A DNA stretch of 64,000 nt from a virus (IMGVR_UViG_3300025626_000013:1-64000), one strand, 5' to 3'; shown: positions 48,667 to 57,273, counted from the first letter of the stretch. The notes: generated by a model from the letters alone, not told the origin. Program-made: numbers and translations.

Positions 48667-49032
48667 TTATTTTTCTTCGTCAAAAAGACAAAAGCGAATA
48701 CATTGCTCAGCAACGTTTTCACCATTTTTCCATGATTCTGGAAGTGTTTTAGTAAACCACTCATGTTCAACAATTTCTTCGAGTGGTTTGTTTTTAATAT
48801 TTAAATCATGAGCATTTTTTTTATACTCATTCATAAGATGCCCGACTTGCCAATCCGCAAATTGGGTACGGTATTCACTATTACCAAGATAACAACATGG
48901 CAATACTCCACCATCCGGATTAACTAAAATACGGTTATTTTCCATCCATTGGCATTTTACTTTAATTTCGCCACTTTCAAGCCGAGCACAGTTCTCATCG
49001 CTTATAATATAATCTCTATTATATTTTTTCAT
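48667..49032 (-). CDS. Stand-alone SPASM/Twitch-like Fe-S domain protein
   Basis: CQW...LVNPDGGVLPCCY...LNIKNKPLEEI...SW...CIRFC. Confidence 0.7.
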   Translation of the reverse strand: MKKYNRDYIISDENCARLESGEIKVKCQWMENNRILVNPDGGVLPCCYLGNSEYRTQFADWQVGHLMNEYKKNAHDLNIKNKPLEEIVEHEWFTKTLPESWKNGENVAEQCIRFCLFDEEK

Positions 49033-49289
49033 GCTTTATAAATTCCGGTTAATTTTGTTTCAAATGCTTCAACTTTTGCCAATCTATTAGGCCAAAGAAT
49101 ATATTCTTTTTCGGGATTTGCTTTTAAATTATTTAAAAGCGGAATAATTGCATTATATAATGCGTCTAATTTTTCTTGTGTACTTTGTGCGTTAGCTGAT
49201 ACTGATTGGGTGGTCGCCTGCAATTCTTGTACTGCCTGCAATTCGTCTTCGTCAACAGCAGTAAATCCGAAATCAAATAAATCATTCAT
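49029..49289 (-). CDS. Conserved T4-like hypothetical protein
   Basis: FDFGFTAVDEDEL...PLLNNLKANPEKEYILWPNR. Confidence 0.7.
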   Translation of the reverse strand: MNDLFDFGFTAVDEDELQAVQELQATTQSVSANAQSTQEKLDALYNAIIPLLNNLKANPEKEYILWPNRLAKVEAFETKLTGIYKA

Positions 49290-49360
49290 TATTTTTAGCC
49301 TTTTCATCTTCTTCTCTGTATTTACGCATTATATACGCGTAATAAGATTCTCTGGGTTCT

Positions 49361-49858
49361 TTATTGACCATATGGAACGTCCACATAGACAGTATCACCA
49401 ACAGAATAAAAAGAATCTGAATAAATATAGCCACGCAAATTCTGGCGCTTCCAATGAATAATATATGTATATGATTGAGTTTCTACCGGAACATTAACTG
49501 TAGTACATACAGTTTCTGAACGATATCCAGATACAACCCGTTTATTACTGGTTTTATCTGCAGCAATAACAGCGCCAAAAATTGCTCCGGCCGCGGCACC
49601 TTTATCATTTCCGCTAACACCTTTACCAAGCAATCCACCAAGAATCATTCCAGCAAGAACATCTCCGCTATTAGATCCAGACTCAATATTGCGATAAACT
49701 GGAACATTTTGTAATGAGCATTGTTTTTGGTTTTGATATGATGTTTGCACTTGAGTAATTTTTTCAACATGCCAGACTTTAGCTGAACGTGTTACTGCAA
49801 ATGCCGCAGTACTTGCAAGACTGGCTATAACAGCCAATGGTATAAGTGATTTTTTCAT
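49361..49858 (-). CDS. Exported glycine-zipper protein
   Basis: Signal peptide; LAGMILGGLLGKGVSGNDKGAAAGAIFGAVIA glycine zipper. Confidence 0.7.
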   Translation of the reverse strand: MKKSLIPLAVIASLASTAAFAVTRSAKVWHVEKITQVQTSYQNQKQCSLQNVPVYRNIESGSNSGDVLAGMILGGLLGKGVSGNDKGAAAGAIFGAVIAADKTSNKRVVSGYRSETVCTTVNVPVETQSYTYIIHWKRQNLRGYIYSDSFYSVGDTVYVDVPYGQ

Positions 49859-49884
49859 AGCAATTTCCTCATATGATTTAATTT

Positions 49885-49914
49885 ATTATAACAAATAAAA
49901 TACAGGATGTAAAC
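49885..49914 (-). promoter_or_regulatory. T4-type early promoter
   Basis: GTTTACA-N17-TATAAT, extended TGn. Confidence 0.8.
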
Positions 49915-49932
49915 AGTTAATTTCACTTTTAT

Positions 49933-49969
49933 GAAAATAAAGTGACCCACAATTTCTGCAGGCCACTTT
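49933..49969 (-). terminator. Intrinsic terminator after the endolysin
   Basis: AAAGTGGCCTGCA-gaaat-TGTGGGTCACTTT hairpin (13 bp including GU pairs) followed by ATTTTC. Confidence 0.6.
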
Positions 49970-49973
49970 ACTA

Positions 49974-50843
49974 TTATAAGAGTACTGCTAAAGTGGCTGG
50001 ACCAGCAATACCATCAGCAGTTAAGCCATTTGCGGCTTGCCATTCTTTTAATGCGCGCTCAGTGCCTGGACCAAATACGCCATCCGCACTAATACCCAAA
50101 GCTTCTTGCATCATTCCAACACCTGCGCCCTTGCAACCTTTACGTAGCACACCGATGTCATCTACATCAAAATCATCATCACCAGCATCTTCGCTAAGTG
50201 AAACCGGATTACCAAACACTTCCATTGCTTTTGAATATCTGCTTTGACGATCCGCAAGACCAATATTTCCGCCGTTAATTTTTTTTGTCATTTTCACAAC
50301 GTCATCAGTATCTGCAATAGCATTGAGGTTATTGGCATCCCAGAACCAGCACGCTGACTCTACAGCGCCCTTAGGTGTTGCTACATAGATTGCAGCTTCT
50401 TCTGCACTAATGCCAATGCTACGGCCAAATTTGGTATAATTTTCGCGACCAGTTAATTGCTTAAGCCCACGACCCCGAAATAACCAACCATCACCTTCAT
50501 TAACATTGCCCATTTTATATTTGCGGAATTCATCCATATAAACATAATTAGCAATTTTTTCGGGATTACGAGCATAATCAGCAGCATTGCGTTTATGTGG
50601 AGCTGAGCCAAAATAACGTCCAAACACTGCGTTGAGCGCTTTTTCACTATAGTTTAAATTTTCTGATAATGAGCGGAAATTATTAGATTCATGTGCACAC
50701 TGAGAAATAAAATGCGCAGCCCGTCGTTCAGTAGTAATATCATATTTGGGCATTATAGCAACTAACGCTTCATACCAAGAATCAATATCTTTATTACCGG
50801 GAATTAGCTGTGCAAGTTGTTCTTTTTGTAATTCAAAACTCAT
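49974..50843 (-). CDS. Endolysin: GH19 catalytic domain plus C-terminal PG-binding domains
   Basis: FISQCAHES, ENLNYS, FRGRGLKQLTGRENY, INGG..GL.DR; QEALGISADGVFGPGT and GLTADGIAGPAT. Confidence 0.92.
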   Translation of the reverse strand: MSFELQKEQLAQLIPGNKDIDSWYEALVAIMPKYDITTERRAAHFISQCAHESNNFRSLSENLNYSEKALNAVFGRYFGSAPHKRNAADYARNPEKIANYVYMDEFRKYKMGNVNEGDGWLFRGRGLKQLTGRENYTKFGRSIGISAEEAAIYVATPKGAVESACWFWDANNLNAIADTDDVVKMTKKINGGNIGLADRQSRYSKAMEVFGNPVSLSEDAGDDDFDVDDIGVLRKGCKGAGVGMMQEALGISADGVFGPGTERALKEWQAANGLTADGIAGPATLAVLL

Positions 50844-50863
50844 GGTTTATATCCTTTTCAATT

Positions 50864-51622
50864 TTATAAATTGTTTTTCAAGTTAGCTTCTATATTACTT
50901 ATATATCCATCAATTGAATGATCAGTTAGTGGATCGGCTGCTCCGGATGTCCAAATACCATCCAAAAATTCTTTTAATTTAAATAAAAGATTGCTTTTAC
51001 GTTCAACGCCTTCGGCGTCAAAATAACATTCTGTGCCATGGTGCTTATATCCCATAATTGCTAATGGAACCCGGCAAACAATATCATTATTATTTACCCA
51101 TCTCATATGTGGGGTTTGCAGATTTTTAGTATAGCCCTTTAATCCAACTCGTGGGGAGCCAAAGGTAAAAATTGCCATAGGATCGGATAAGTGTGCTGCA
51201 TTAAAACATCTTGAAGCCATAATAGTAGTCATGCCAGCCCCTAAGCTATGCCCAGTAAACCAAAGATCTCTATTTTTAACCGCGCCCACTCTAAGTTTAG
51301 ATTCTAGTAATGGCCATAAATCATCTGCTTCCGATTTAAATCCAGCATGAACTCTACTTTTAGATTCCGATTTTACTGGCCATGCATTTAAATCTGCTTT
51401 TAAATCATTTAATTCAGTTGGTTCTGTGCCACGACAAGCAATAACAGTATCATCAGCACTTTGAAAACGATAAGCTTGTGCTCCATCAGCATTATAAAAT
51501 TCAGCAAAATAAAAGCCTAATTTTTTACTTTCAATCTTAGCTTTAGTGGGCTTCATATATGCAATTTTTGAAAGCTTTGCAAATAATAATGCTTGTTCAT
51601 ATTTTGACATATTTCTTATCAT
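50864..51622 (-). CDS. Lipase class 3 (alpha/beta hydrolase)
   Basis: RGTE, VHAGF, TGHSLG nucleophile elbow, TFGSPRVG, NNNDIV..VP, DHSI. Confidence 0.9.
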   Translation of the reverse strand: MIRNMSKYEQALLFAKLSKIAYMKPTKAKIESKKLGFYFAEFYNADGAQAYRFQSADDTVIACRGTEPTELNDLKADLNAWPVKSESKSRVHAGFKSEADDLWPLLESKLRVGAVKNRDLWFTGHSLGAGMTTIMASRCFNAAHLSDPMAIFTFGSPRVGLKGYTKNLQTPHMRWVNNNDIVCRVPLAIMGYKHHGTECYFDAEGVERKSNLLFKLKEFLDGIWTSGAADPLTDHSIDGYISNIEANLKNNL

Positions 51623-51632
51623 TTTTCTGTCC

Positions 51633-53417
51633 TTATAAAGTAAGTATTCTACTCTTATCTATTGTAACTTCATCAACATTTTCATAATAAACAGTTTCTT
51701 CTTTTTTTACAGTTTTTGGTTTAGTAGAATTTTTATATTTTTTGAATCCCATATTTGCAGCAATTAATAGTAAAACTGCAAGTGGATCAAATACAGAAAT
51801 AATAATAATTATTACCCATCTGACAGCTTCTTCTAATAAATCTTCGGTTGCATCTTCTCTATAAATGAATTCTGCAATATATTTTACTGGTCCAACTTCA
51901 GTTTCGTATTTACGGTATTCAGATTCTAAATTAAATTTTTCCACATATAAAGATTCTATTTCGGAATTTTTTGCGATAATAGCAGCTTCTTCAATTGTAA
52001 TTGCATTAGTATTATCAGTAGTAATTCCAATTGATAAACTATTTCTTAAGCTAACAATTAAATTTTGACTTGCTAATATTTGGGCATTTACAGTCTCTCG
52101 TATTTGGTCTATTTTAACACGGGCTTCATTAATTTTAGCACTTTCTGTGTTTTGTAATTCTTTAATTGTATTTTGAGCTATAACTCTTTTATCCCTATTC
52201 TGAATAACAAGCGTATTTTCAATATTATCAATTTTTGCTTGTATATCATTTTGAACATTATTTAATTCTTTACTAGAATCTTTTCTGATATTGCTAATAA
52301 TATCTAATGCTTCTTGTTTTGAGTTATTTATTGATATCGACTGATTTCCTCTCAAGTCATTAATCAAATTGGCTAGCCGCTGTTTTTCATTATCTAACGC
52401 TGTTTGTGCAATTGATCTTAAATCTAAAATTTGATTTTGTAATTCAATAATTCTTTCTCGCTGAGATTCTATCCAAACATTATAAGCATTTCTAGTATTA
52501 TTACCAAATAGCCCATCAGAGGTAACACCAATCACTGCTTGGCCTTGCTGTATTTTATCTATATCTTTACTCTGTAGATTATTTGTTACTATAATAATTT
52601 GATCTTCAATTTTTGCTATTTGAATTGCAATAAGTTCTGCTGAACTATTATCAATTTTTAATGTTGATAGTTTTTCTTCGTATGCAGCAGCAGTTTCGTT
52701 TATTGTTTTTAATTCATTATTAAGCAATTCTATTTGGCTTAAATATGGCGCAGTTTTTTCTTCAATGCTAGAAACATCAGCATTATTTAATTCTTTTCTA
52801 TACTGATTAGTTAATGCAACCAATCGAATTAATTCATTATCAAGACTTTCAATATCCGCTTCAAAAGATGCAATTCTCTTCTGGCGATTAGAATTTTCGG
52901 TTTCAATAATTGCTAATTGTTCATTAATTTGTGGTTCAACTCTGGCATATGCATTGTTGATACGAAGTTGTTCTTTATCTAGTTGTTCTTGTATAGCATC
53001 ATTATTAGCAAAAGCATTTTCTCCTATAGTTATAATCTTTTCTTCGGATCGTGCTATAGCAGTTTTTAATCTAGCAATATCTTCATCAATTCTTTCAATT
53101 TTAGCCAATCCATCTTTAGCGCCGGCAGTTTGCTCAATATGAGCTTTAGACAAGAAGCCAAAAATACCCATGCTTGTAATAAACATAAGCAGCACTACCG
53201 AAAGTGTTAAATAAGATTTTAAAAGAAATGGGGTATTTTTCCAATTATCATATAACCAAGTAGCAGTTATAAGTTTACCAGCCTCTAATACGCCACCCAT
53301 AATAGCAACAGGAATAATAGCCGCTGCAAATATTGAGGTTAACCCAATTATTGAATAATATGCTGCAACTGCAGCAATTGCTAATGAGCAAATAAATGCT
53401 AAAATATTAATAAACAT
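51633..53417 (-). CDS. Membrane-anchored long coiled-coil protein with an internal PG-binding-like motif
   Basis: Three N-terminal TM helices and one C-terminal TM (VFDPLAVLLLIA); coiled coil between them; QAVIGVTSDGLFGNNT motif. Confidence 0.7.
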   Translation of the reverse strand: MFINILAFICSLAIAAVAAYYSIIGLTSIFAAAIIPVAIMGGVLEAGKLITATWLYDNWKNTPFLLKSYLTLSVVLLMFITSMGIFGFLSKAHIEQTAGAKDGLAKIERIDEDIARLKTAIARSEEKIITIGENAFANNDAIQEQLDKEQLRINNAYARVEPQINEQLAIIETENSNRQKRIASFEADIESLDNELIRLVALTNQYRKELNNADVSSIEEKTAPYLSQIELLNNELKTINETAAAYEEKLSTLKIDNSSAELIAIQIAKIEDQIIIVTNNLQSKDIDKIQQGQAVIGVTSDGLFGNNTRNAYNVWIESQRERIIELQNQILDLRSIAQTALDNEKQRLANLINDLRGNQSISINNSKQEALDIISNIRKDSSKELNNVQNDIQAKIDNIENTLVIQNRDKRVIAQNTIKELQNTESAKINEARVKIDQIRETVNAQILASQNLIVSLRNSLSIGITTDNTNAITIEEAAIIAKNSEIESLYVEKFNLESEYRKYETEVGPVKYIAEFIYREDATEDLLEEAVRWVIIIIISVFDPLAVLLLIAANMGFKKYKNSTKPKTVKKEETVYYENVDEVTIDKSRILTL

Positions 53418-53448
53418 TAATGACTTTCGTATATAAGTAATGTATACT

Positions 53449-53456
53449 TATTTATA
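53449..53456 (-). promoter_or_regulatory. T4-type late promoter (lysis operon)
   Basis: TATAAATA about 32 nt upstream of 53417. Confidence 0.8.
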
Positions 53457-53473
53457 TATTAAAAGCTGTTAAA

Positions 53474-53662
53474 TTATGCTTTTTCGCCCAAAACAAATAC
53501 GCAACCAGCTTCGTAATTGGGCGGAAAAAATTTACCATCTCCGCCTAGCATTAAAGATAATACTGATCTATTGTATATACATTCATCAGGAGTAGCATAT
53601 AGACCAATAGTCGATGCGTCTAACTTACCGCTAACAAATACCACATAAACTAATGCCCACAT
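53474..53662 (-). CDS. Small exported Cys-pair protein
   Basis: MWALVYV...EC...GCV; RBS agga. Confidence 0.5.
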   Translation of the reverse strand: MWALVYVVFVSGKLDASTIGLYATPDECIYNRSVLSLMLGGDGKFFPPNYEAGCVFVLGEKA

Positions 53663-53674
53663 TTATTTAATCCT

Positions 53675-54205
53675 TTAATCCCATAGATTTTCATAGAAAC
53701 GACCAAATAATTTAAATCCATCAGTCATTCTACCTTGATGCGCTATAGCATCTTCATTATCCCATTTATAGTCATATTCAGATATCCAACAATCTTTGCA
53801 TTTTTGTTCAAACGCCCAAATCATTTCGTCTAAAATATTGTCCCATTCTTCTTCACTTAATTCATGTGGATAACTATGCTTTGTTTCTTTTAGCTGTTTA
53901 AGCATTGGTAATATAATCAAAGCAAGCGTATTATCCATACTCCATGTATCCCATGGATCTATACGAACCTTAACTTTTTGTACTCTTTTGTCTAGCCACA
54001 ATCGATTAATTACATCGTATACTGACTGTACAGCATTTTCAATTTTTTCAAGAAGCATTTCTTTAAACGGTTCTTGAACTGGTAGTAGTCCCTTTTGTTT
54101 ATAATCAGGCCGTAACTTTTTCAGAGCATCATATTTTTTATCCATATAATTTGTATGAATATCACAAATCAATCTATCTGGATATTTTTTAATCCGTACT
54201 TTCAT
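53675..54205 (-). CDS. Conserved phage hypothetical protein
   Basis: IDPWDTWSMDNTLALIILPMLKQLKETKH...WDNILDEMIWAF...NLWD. Confidence 0.7.
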   Translation of the reverse strand: MKVRIKKYPDRLICDIHTNYMDKKYDALKKLRPDYKQKGLLPVQEPFKEMLLEKIENAVQSVYDVINRLWLDKRVQKVKVRIDPWDTWSMDNTLALIILPMLKQLKETKHSYPHELSEEEWDNILDEMIWAFEQKCKDCWISEYDYKWDNEDAIAHQGRMTDGFKLFGRFYENLWD

Positions 54206-54220
54206 AGCATATTCCTTAAA

Positions 54221-54228
54221 TATTTATA
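54221..54228 (-). promoter_or_regulatory. T4-type late promoter
   Basis: TATAAATA about 16 nt upstream of 54205. Confidence 0.65.
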
Positions 54229-54715
54229 TATTATTGAGTTCAGGCCAGCCGCGGCCATTTGCAATTTTATCTGCCCCGACAGAAGCGGCCCAACTATCGG
54301 GCTTAAGCTTAGGTTCAATACCGGTCATTCCTAGTACGTATCCAGCGGCTTCATTTGCAGCACAATTTGATCCGTGTTTTGGATCAGTATTAACATCAAG
54401 ATGAATTTCAATTTCAAACTCATCTATAAGAGGACCAATTTGATAATAAAGTTCACATACTTTTTGAACCTCTTTCATCATTCGCATTTTTGGCCTATTT
54501 GGTTTCATATCATAATTTGGCTCTTTACTGATATGAGAAAATATTTTGCAACCGTTATTTCCATTTTTATGTACAATTAAAACTGTTGCATATCGAGCCA
54601 TAGAAATATTATTTTTTGAATATCTAATAGAATCGCAGCCCAAATACACTTTTGTATCCGGGCTGCACTCCAGAAGGAGTTCTATAATATTATTAATTTG
54701 TATATCCGTAAACAT
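54224..54715 (-). CDS. RNase H-like YkuK family protein
   Basis: YLGCDS, RMMKEV, EIHLDVN, KLKPDSWAASVGAD. Confidence 0.8.
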   Translation of the reverse strand: MFTDIQINNIIELLLECSPDTKVYLGCDSIRYSKNNISMARYATVLIVHKNGNNGCKIFSHISKEPNYDMKPNRPKMRMMKEVQKVCELYYQIGPLIDEFEIEIHLDVNTDPKHGSNCAANEAAGYVLGMTGIEPKLKPDSWAASVGADKIANGRGWPELNNI

Positions 54716-54716
54716 C

Positions 54717-55013
54717 TTACATGATTAACTTACCCGCAGCAGGATCTGTAATAATTCCTGATGTGGCTTCTTGATATGGCGCTGTTAACTGTTCAGATGT
54801 TTTTGTCATGAGACAATAATTATAAATTGTAATTTCTGCAGGATTTTCTTCGCCGGACATAGCCATAGTTTGAGCAAAGCCAATTCCCTGTTCAGTCGGC
54901 ATAACCATAAATGGCTTGCCAAGTTTTACAAATCTGTCATCGAAATCTAAAAGCTTACCCAAATATTCTCGGCCATTATCTACAACAACAGTCACAACGT
55001 CATTCACATTCAT
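54717..55013 (-). CDS. Sm/LSm-like fold hypothetical protein
   Basis: VVTVVVDNGREYLGKL...VKLGKP resembles an Sm1 motif; C-terminal YQEATSGII. Confidence 0.5.
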   Translation of the reverse strand: MNVNDVVTVVVDNGREYLGKLLDFDDRFVKLGKPFMVMPTEQGIGFAQTMAMSGEENPAEITIYNYCLMTKTSEQLTAPYQEATSGIITDPAAGKLIM

Positions 55014-55046
55014 TTTATTTACCTATCCATAACTTATTTTATATAA

Positions 55047-55074
55047 TAAGCAGTTTAGTGTCTTGCTTAGGACA
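55047..55074 (-). other. H-type RNA pseudoknot in the leader of the 55013 gene
   Basis: UGUC-C-UAAGCA-A-GACA-CUAAAC-UGCUUA: S1 4 bp, S2 6 bp, L1 1 nt. Confidence 0.55.
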
Positions 55075-55126
55075 TTCTGGGCACCATTCATTTAATTATT
55101 TTAAAAGAGAAATGAAACTCTAAATA

Positions 55127-55203
55127 TGGTACTCCCCGAGGGACTCGAACCCCCAACCTAAGCGTTATGAGCACTCAGCTCTAACCAATTGAGCTAGAGG
55201 AGT
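55127..55203 (-). tRNA. tRNA with CAT anticodon, probably Ile2 (otherwise elongator Met)
   Basis: Full cloverleaf, loop CTCATAA, encoded CCA; C4-G69 and C5-G68 pairs fit TilS/Ile2 determinants. Confidence 0.9.
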
Positions 55204-55208
55204 ATATT

Positions 55209-55292
55209 TGGTGGGGGGTAATGGAATCGAACCATTCGTGAGTCACCTCGGCGGAGTTACAGTCCGCTGCCACACCTTGTAGCATACCCCCC
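55209..55292 (-). tRNA. tRNA-Tyr(GTA)
   Basis: GCGGA-CTGTAAC-TCCGC anticodon arm, long variable arm, CCA. Confidence 0.92.
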
Positions 55293-55303
55293 GATTATAT
55301 AAT

Positions 55304-55364
55304 TGGACCCTTATTCATTATCCGATTACCGGCAGTCTATATCAGGTCTCACCCGCTGGAGGGT
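55304..55364 (-). ncRNA. Candidate small structured RNA ending in CCA
   Basis: ACCCT/AGGGT terminal stem plus CCA and two internal hairpins; GC-rich within an AT-rich spacer. Confidence 0.35.
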
Positions 55365-55373
55365 GTAGTGTTT

Positions 55374-55402
55374 TGGTATGAGTGGTGTGATTCGAACCCA
55401 CA
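55374..55402 (-). pseudogene. tRNA 3'-half remnant (T-arm, acceptor strand, CCA)
   Basis: GTGGGTTCGAATCACACCACTCATACCA with no 5' half. Confidence 0.6.
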
Positions 55403-55411
55403 TTATTCTTT

Positions 55412-55543
55412 TTAGCGATCTTTAATTTCATAAACTTCTTTATAGATATTACCAATATCTTTTGCCCCTTGATTATAACCAACAAGCCATCCAATTGCGC
55501 TGCCACAAATAACTAAACAACCAGCAATTAAAACCATTTCCAT
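55412..55543 (-). CDS. 43-aa membrane peptide
   Basis: Hand translation MEMVLIAGCLVICGSAIGWLVGYNQG...; RBS ggag. Confidence 0.55.
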   Translation of the reverse strand: MEMVLIAGCLVICGSAIGWLVGYNQGAKDIGNIYKEVYEIKDR

Positions 55544-55569
55544 AGTAAACTCCATTATATATTTTTAAT

Positions 55570-55644
55570 TGGCTCCCCAACTTGGATTCGAACCAAGGAC
55601 ACACGGATTAACAGTCCGATGCTCTACCGCTGAGCTATTGGGGA
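55570..55644 (-). tRNA. tRNA-Asn(GTT)
   Basis: Cloverleaf, loop CTGTTAA, ends GCCA. Confidence 0.93.
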
Positions 55645-55670
55645 ATATTATAATATTATATATCTTTTAA

Positions 55671-56291
55671 TTAAGATGATGTTTCGAGAGAATTGCCATT
55701 TTTATCACATTCAGTAATAACTGGATTACAACGCATTTCAAAATAATTTTCTACAAAAGTCCAACCCAATGCTTCAATACCTTCTTGATAGTCTTCATCG
55801 TACGTCGCTTCAATTTCGTCTATCATTTTATCAACATCTGAAAGCTTAGGTCCACTTGTTCTAATGTCCCAAATGTCTTCCCAAAAACAATCATCTACAC
55901 AAATCATTTCGGCATCTGGATAGTCTTCAGTAATATCAACATATTCCTCATCTATAGATGGTACTAACATTTTATGCATAATTTGAAATGGGGCCATATC
56001 CGGATCTACAATAATATTATTGGATTCATCAATAATATGAAACCCATGTTGATCAGCAACATCTTCAATATTATTATAATATTCAGAGGCATTAATCCAT
56101 TCAGCAATTTCGGCATCAGTTTCCGGCACTTCAATTAACCACTCACCCCAACGCCATCCCATTTCTTTTGAAAGATAGGCCCATTTACCAATATCTTTTT
56201 CATCGTTAGTTAATTCGTTAAGCGGGCGTTTAAAAGTATAAATTTCAGTAATAGCTTTTTTATAAGAAGATTCTAATTTATAATATTTCAT
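55671..56291 (-). CDS. Acidic hypothetical protein
   Basis: 206 aa; EMGWRWGEW motif; RBS agga. Confidence 0.65.
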   Translation of the reverse strand: MKYYKLESSYKKAITEIYTFKRPLNELTNDEKDIGKWAYLSKEMGWRWGEWLIEVPETDAEIAEWINASEYYNNIEDVADQHGFHIIDESNNIIVDPDMAPFQIMHKMLVPSIDEEYVDITEDYPDAEMICVDDCFWEDIWDIRTSGPKLSDVDKMIDEIEATYDEDYQEGIEALGWTFVENYFEMRCNPVITECDKNGNSLETSS

Positions 56292-56316
56292 ACTGTTAAT
56301 CCTATAATTAATTTGG

Positions 56317-56390
56317 TGGAGCGGGTAAGGAGAATCGAACTCCTATCATCAGATTGGAAATCTGAGGTCTTACCATTACACAATACCCGC
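56317..56390 (-). tRNA. tRNA-Gly(TCC)
   Basis: TCAGA-TTTCCAA-TCTGA arm, U73, CCA followed by a second CCA. Confidence 0.92.
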
Positions 56391-56437
56391 TTAATATTAT
56401 TCTTCCATCAACGATTTGAGTTTTTTAGCTTCTTGAG

Positions 56438-56789
56438 CTTGTTTTTCAATAGCTCTATTTACAATCCCAATATTCTACGAACAGCCACAGGATCATCGGT
56501 CATAATGCTGCCACCGTCATTCATCTGCTTCCCAATACCTACAATAAAAGTGTTTGCCACACGCATCAATCTCTGCTTGTGGATAACCTTGTTCCAACAG
56601 CCAAGGAATAATACTTTCATCTTCGAGGAAGTCTGCTGGCAAGGGCTTAGGAAACCCATACTTCCATCCGCTGGGCGGATCACACATCAATAGTTTCGAC
56701 ATCTTGTTTTTCAATAGCTCTATTTACAATCCCAATATTCTACGAACAGCCACAGGATCATCAGTCATAATGCTGCCACCGTCATTCAT
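56438..56789. repeat. 87-bp direct repeats (56438-56524 and 56703-56789, 1 mismatch) flanking one small gene
   Basis: cttgtttttcaatagctct...ccgtcattcat read twice. Confidence 0.92.
56517..56702 (-). CDS. Conserved phage hypothetical protein
   Basis: CDPPSGWKYGFPKPLP...WLLEQGYPQ...RYW. Confidence 0.65.
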   Translation of the reverse strand: MSKLLMCDPPSGWKYGFPKPLPADFLEDESIIPWLLEQGYPQAEIDACGKHFYCRYWEADE

Positions 56790-56939
56790 ATGCTCTACAA
56801 TTTGTTCAAAATAAAAGCGAGCATCCGCATCTTCATCCAAAAGGCTAGCTGCAGTTCGAAAGAAGTTACGTAACTTCATATCACTTGTGCCATCATTGGC
56901 CGCCGCTTTATATGTTTTACCTGGACGCTGATTACCCAT
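56724..56939 (-). CDS. Hypothetical protein
   Basis: 71 aa; RBS gaggag. Confidence 0.6.
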   Translation of the reverse strand: MGNQRPGKTYKAAANDGTSDMKLRNFFRTAASLLDEDADARFYFEQIVEHMNDGGSIMTDDPVAVRRILGL

Positions 56940-56955
56940 TTTTATCTCCTCTTAT

Positions 56956-57039
56956 TGGTACCCGCGGCCGGACTCGAACCGGCACGCCTTACGGCCACAG
57001 ATTTTAAGTCTGTTATGTCTACCATTCCATCACGCGGGC
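56956..57039 (-). tRNA. tRNA-Leu(TAA)
   Basis: ACAGA-CTTAAAA-TCTGT arm, long variable arm, CCA. Confidence 0.92.
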
Positions 57040-57045
57040 TAACTC

Positions 57046-57273
57046 TTATTTGTCCATCAATTCAGCTTTACGCTTTTCAACAGCTGCAAGTCGCTGTGCT
57101 TCTAATTCGATACCAGCTTCTTTATCACGACCCATAACCAGCAAAATGATTGCCGAAATAAGAGGCGAAATCAATAGTGTGACTACAAACCAAAGCCATC
57201 CATTTCGGCCCCAATTGTTAGCCCAATAGCCAACTAGTGCTGAAAACACTACTGCAATTAAAATAATATCCAT
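57046..57273 (-). CDS. Small membrane protein
   Basis: YWANNWGRNGWLWF...LISPLI; two hydrophobic segments. Confidence 0.65.
   Translation of the reverse strand: MDIILIAVVFSALVGYWANNWGRNGWLWFVVTLLISPLISAIILLVMGRDKEAGIELEAQRLAAVEKRKAELMDK

Noticed and set aside
56314-56319. CCACCA at the tRNA-Gly 3' end as a degradation tag
   Set aside because: The acceptor stem is fully paired and starts GC, not GG; most likely a trailer that is trimmed.
56459-56683. ORF ending in the same MNDGGSIMTDDPVAVRRILGL as 56724-56939
   Set aside because: By-product of the 87-bp duplication, overlapping the better-supported 56517-56702 gene in another frame.
56313-57137. + strand ORFs 56313-56693 and 56955-57137
   Set aside because: They begin antisense to tRNA-Gly and tRNA-Leu, a typical spurious tRNA-shadow translation.
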